64,000 nucleotides of DNA. Source: Haplodiscus bocki. Its lineage: Eukaryota. Under the pieces are notes generated by a model, which did not search any database, was not told where the DNA came from, and saw only the letters and a program-made list of their open reading frames with translations. Position 1 is the first letter of the stretch. Each line of letters begins with the position of its first letter. The DNA is taken from contig OZ296648.1 of the NCBI GenBank assembly GCA_965655095.1, forward strand, positions 5,394,001-5,458,000, read 5' to 3'. Of the stretch, positions 61,701 to 64,000 are shown piece by piece. Made by a program: the position numbers and the translations under genes.

Positions 61701-64000
61701 CCAAGTTTGCCAAGATTGCCGACGTTGCCAAGATTGCAAAGTTCGACCAATTTGTCAAGATGCCGATATTGCCGAAAATGCCTAGACTTCCAAGTTTGCC
61801 AATGTTGTCAAGATTGACAAGACTGCCAAAAACGTCAAGATTCGATGATTGCTAAACTGGCCAAAAGTTCCAAAATTATCAAGATTGCCAATATTGCCAA
61901 GATTTCAAAGATTGCCAAGATTGCCAAGATGTCGAGCTTACCGAGGTTGCCAAGAATGCCATGTTTGCGCATAATGCCAAGATGCCGTCATTGCCGAAGT
62001 TCCCTAGATTTCCAAGTTTGCCAAGATCGTCAAGATTCGATGATCGCTAAACTGGCCAAAAGTGCCAAAATTGTCAAAATTGCCAATGATGTCGAGCTTG
62101 TCGAAATTGCCTAGACTGACAATTTTTCCAAAAGTGCCAAGCTTGCCAAGGTTGACGAGTTTGCCAAGATTGCCAAGGTTGCGCAAAATGCTGAGATGCC
62201 GAGAATAATGAATATAGCAGAAATGCCAAGAGTGTCAAGATTGCCGAAAAAGCCAAGATTGCCAAGATTGCCATTATCACCAAGATTTCCAAGTTTGGCA
62301 AGGCTGCCAAAATTGTCAAGGTTCGATGATTGCTAAACTGGCCAAGAGTGCCAAATTTGTCAAGATTGCCAAAACTGCCAAGATTGCCAAGATTACCGAG
62401 GTTGCCGAGATTGCCAAAGTTGTCCATAGTGCCGAGATGCCGAGAGTGCCGAAAAAACCAAAATTTACACGATTGCCATGATAGCCAAATTGCCAAGATT
62501 GCTGAAAATGTCAAGAATGCCAAGATTGCCAGGCTTTCCAATTTTGCCCAGGTTTCCATGAGTGCCATGCTTGTCAATATTGCCAAGATTGCCAAGTTTG
62601 TCCATATATCCAATATTGCCAGCCTTGCCAAATGTGCCGAGATTGCCCAAACTGCCCAGATTGCCAAGACTGCCGAGGTTGCCAAGATTGCCAAAGTTGC
62701 CCATTTTGCCGAGATTCCGAGATAGCCGAGAATACCGACTTTGGCAAAATGGCCAAGATTGCCATGATAGACGAAAATGCCAAGAAGGCCAAATTTGCCG
62801 AAAATGGGAAGACTGCCAGAATTGCCAGGACTTCCAATATTGTCAATGTTTCCAAGAATGCCAAGATTTTCAAGGTTGCCAAGACTGACAAAATTGTCAA
62901 GATTTGATGATTGCTAAACTGGCGAAAATTGCCAAATTTATCAAGATTGCCAATATTGCCAAGATAGCCAAGATGTCGAGATTGCCGAAAATGCGTTGAT
63001 TGAAAACGTTTCCAAGAGTGCCAAGATCGCCAAGCTTACCGAGGTTGCCAAGAATGCCATGTTTGCCCATTTTGCCAAGATGCCGTCATTGCCGAAGTTC
63101 CCTAGACTCCCAAGTTTGCCAAGATCGTCAAGATCCGCTGATTGCTAAACTGCCCAAGAGTGCCAAAATTGTCAAGATTGCCAACGATGTCGAGCTTGTC
63201 GAAATTGCCTAGACTGACAATTTTTTCAAGAGTGCCAATATTGCCGAGGTTGCCGAGTTTGCCAAGATTGCCAAGGTTGTCCATATTGCTGAGATGCCGA
63301 GAATAAATATAAATTACCAAAATTGGCAAGATTTCCAGGATTGTCCTGAATGCCAATATAGCCAAAAATGCCGAGAGTGCCATGATTGCCGAAAGAGACA
63401 AGATTGCCAAGTTTGCCAAAATTATCAAGATTTCCAAGATTGTCAAAATTGACAAGACTGCGAAAATTGTCAAGATTCGATGATTGGTAAACTGACCAAG
63501 AGTGCCAAAGTTGTCAAGCTTGCAATATTGTCACGTTTGACAAGTCTGCGCTCCACATATCCAATATTGCCAACATTGCTAAAAGTGCCAAGATTGCCCA
63601 GAGCGCCCAGATTGCCAAGATTACCGAGGTTGGCGAGATTGCCAAAGTTGCCCATATTGGCGAGATGCCGAGAGTGCCGAAATTAACAAAATTGACACGA
63701 TTGTCATGATAGCCAAAAATGCCAAGACTGCCGAAAATGTCAAGAATGCCAAGATTGCCAAGCTTTCCAATTTTGCCCAGCTTCCCATGAGTGCCACGAT
63801 CGTCAATATTGCCAAGATTGCGAGTTTGCACATTAATCCAATAGTGCAAGCCTTGCCAAAAATTGCCCAGATTGCCCAGATTACCCAGATTGCCCAGATT
63901 GCCAAGAATACCAATGTTGCCCATAATGCCGAGATGCCGAGACTGCCGAAAAGACCAATGTTGAGAAGATTTCCAGGATTGCCAGGATAGTCAAAATAGT
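55762..64000. repeat. Satellite array of a degenerate 9-bp monomer TTGCCAAGA with higher-order repeats; runs off the window
   Basis: Hundreds of (GA)TTGCCAA(G/A) units. Higher-order periods of 358 bp (56385/56743) and 793 bp (59230/60023), with further diverged copies near 58400, 61341 and 62700. Confidence 0.97.

Noticed and set aside
55699-63990. Dozens of ORFs with LPR/IAK/LGN/LAI/SWQ repeats resembling LRR, collagen-like or membrane proteins
   Set aside because: These are an artefact of a stop-free 9-bp monomer; they occur in all six frames and none stays open over a long distance.

Overview
This window is transposon-saturated eukaryotic DNA (probably an invertebrate animal) with no intact host protein-coding gene. 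Positions 1-35.3 kb hold three nested or adjacent members of one unusual Ty3/gypsy LTR-retrotransposon lineage. Element C (+ strand) shows only its 3' part. Element A (- strand, 6810-15524) has lost pol and is inserted into the 3' LTR of C. Element B (- strand, ~17.3-35.3 kb) carries a decayed gag and PR-RT-RH-IN pol. All three follow the same layout as far as each is preserved. The ~1.8-1.9 kb LTRs (TGTC...CA type) contain the start of gag, which reads through a TGGTGACAG(G/A)AG primer-binding site (six in-frame copies in A). After pol comes an intron-containing antisense gene encoding a C2H2 zinc-finger protein with hAT-transposase-like features. Head-to-head with it is a Ser/Thr/Pro-rich sense ORF that runs through the PPT into the 3' LTR. 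This cargo module is the most likely undescribed system in the window. A block with a tRNA-Leu(TAA) and twin palindromes sits at the gag/pol junction of B and is repeated 15,017 bp away. Positions 37.4-55.7 kb are scrambled Polinton/Maverick remnants (integrase, two protein-primed PolB copies, capsid-like protein, packaging ATPase) with a recent 3.68-kb tandem duplication. Positions 55.76-64 kb are a 9-bp (TTGCCAAGA) satellite with higher-order repeats. Family assignments come from motifs read by eye, and pseudogene boundaries are approximate.
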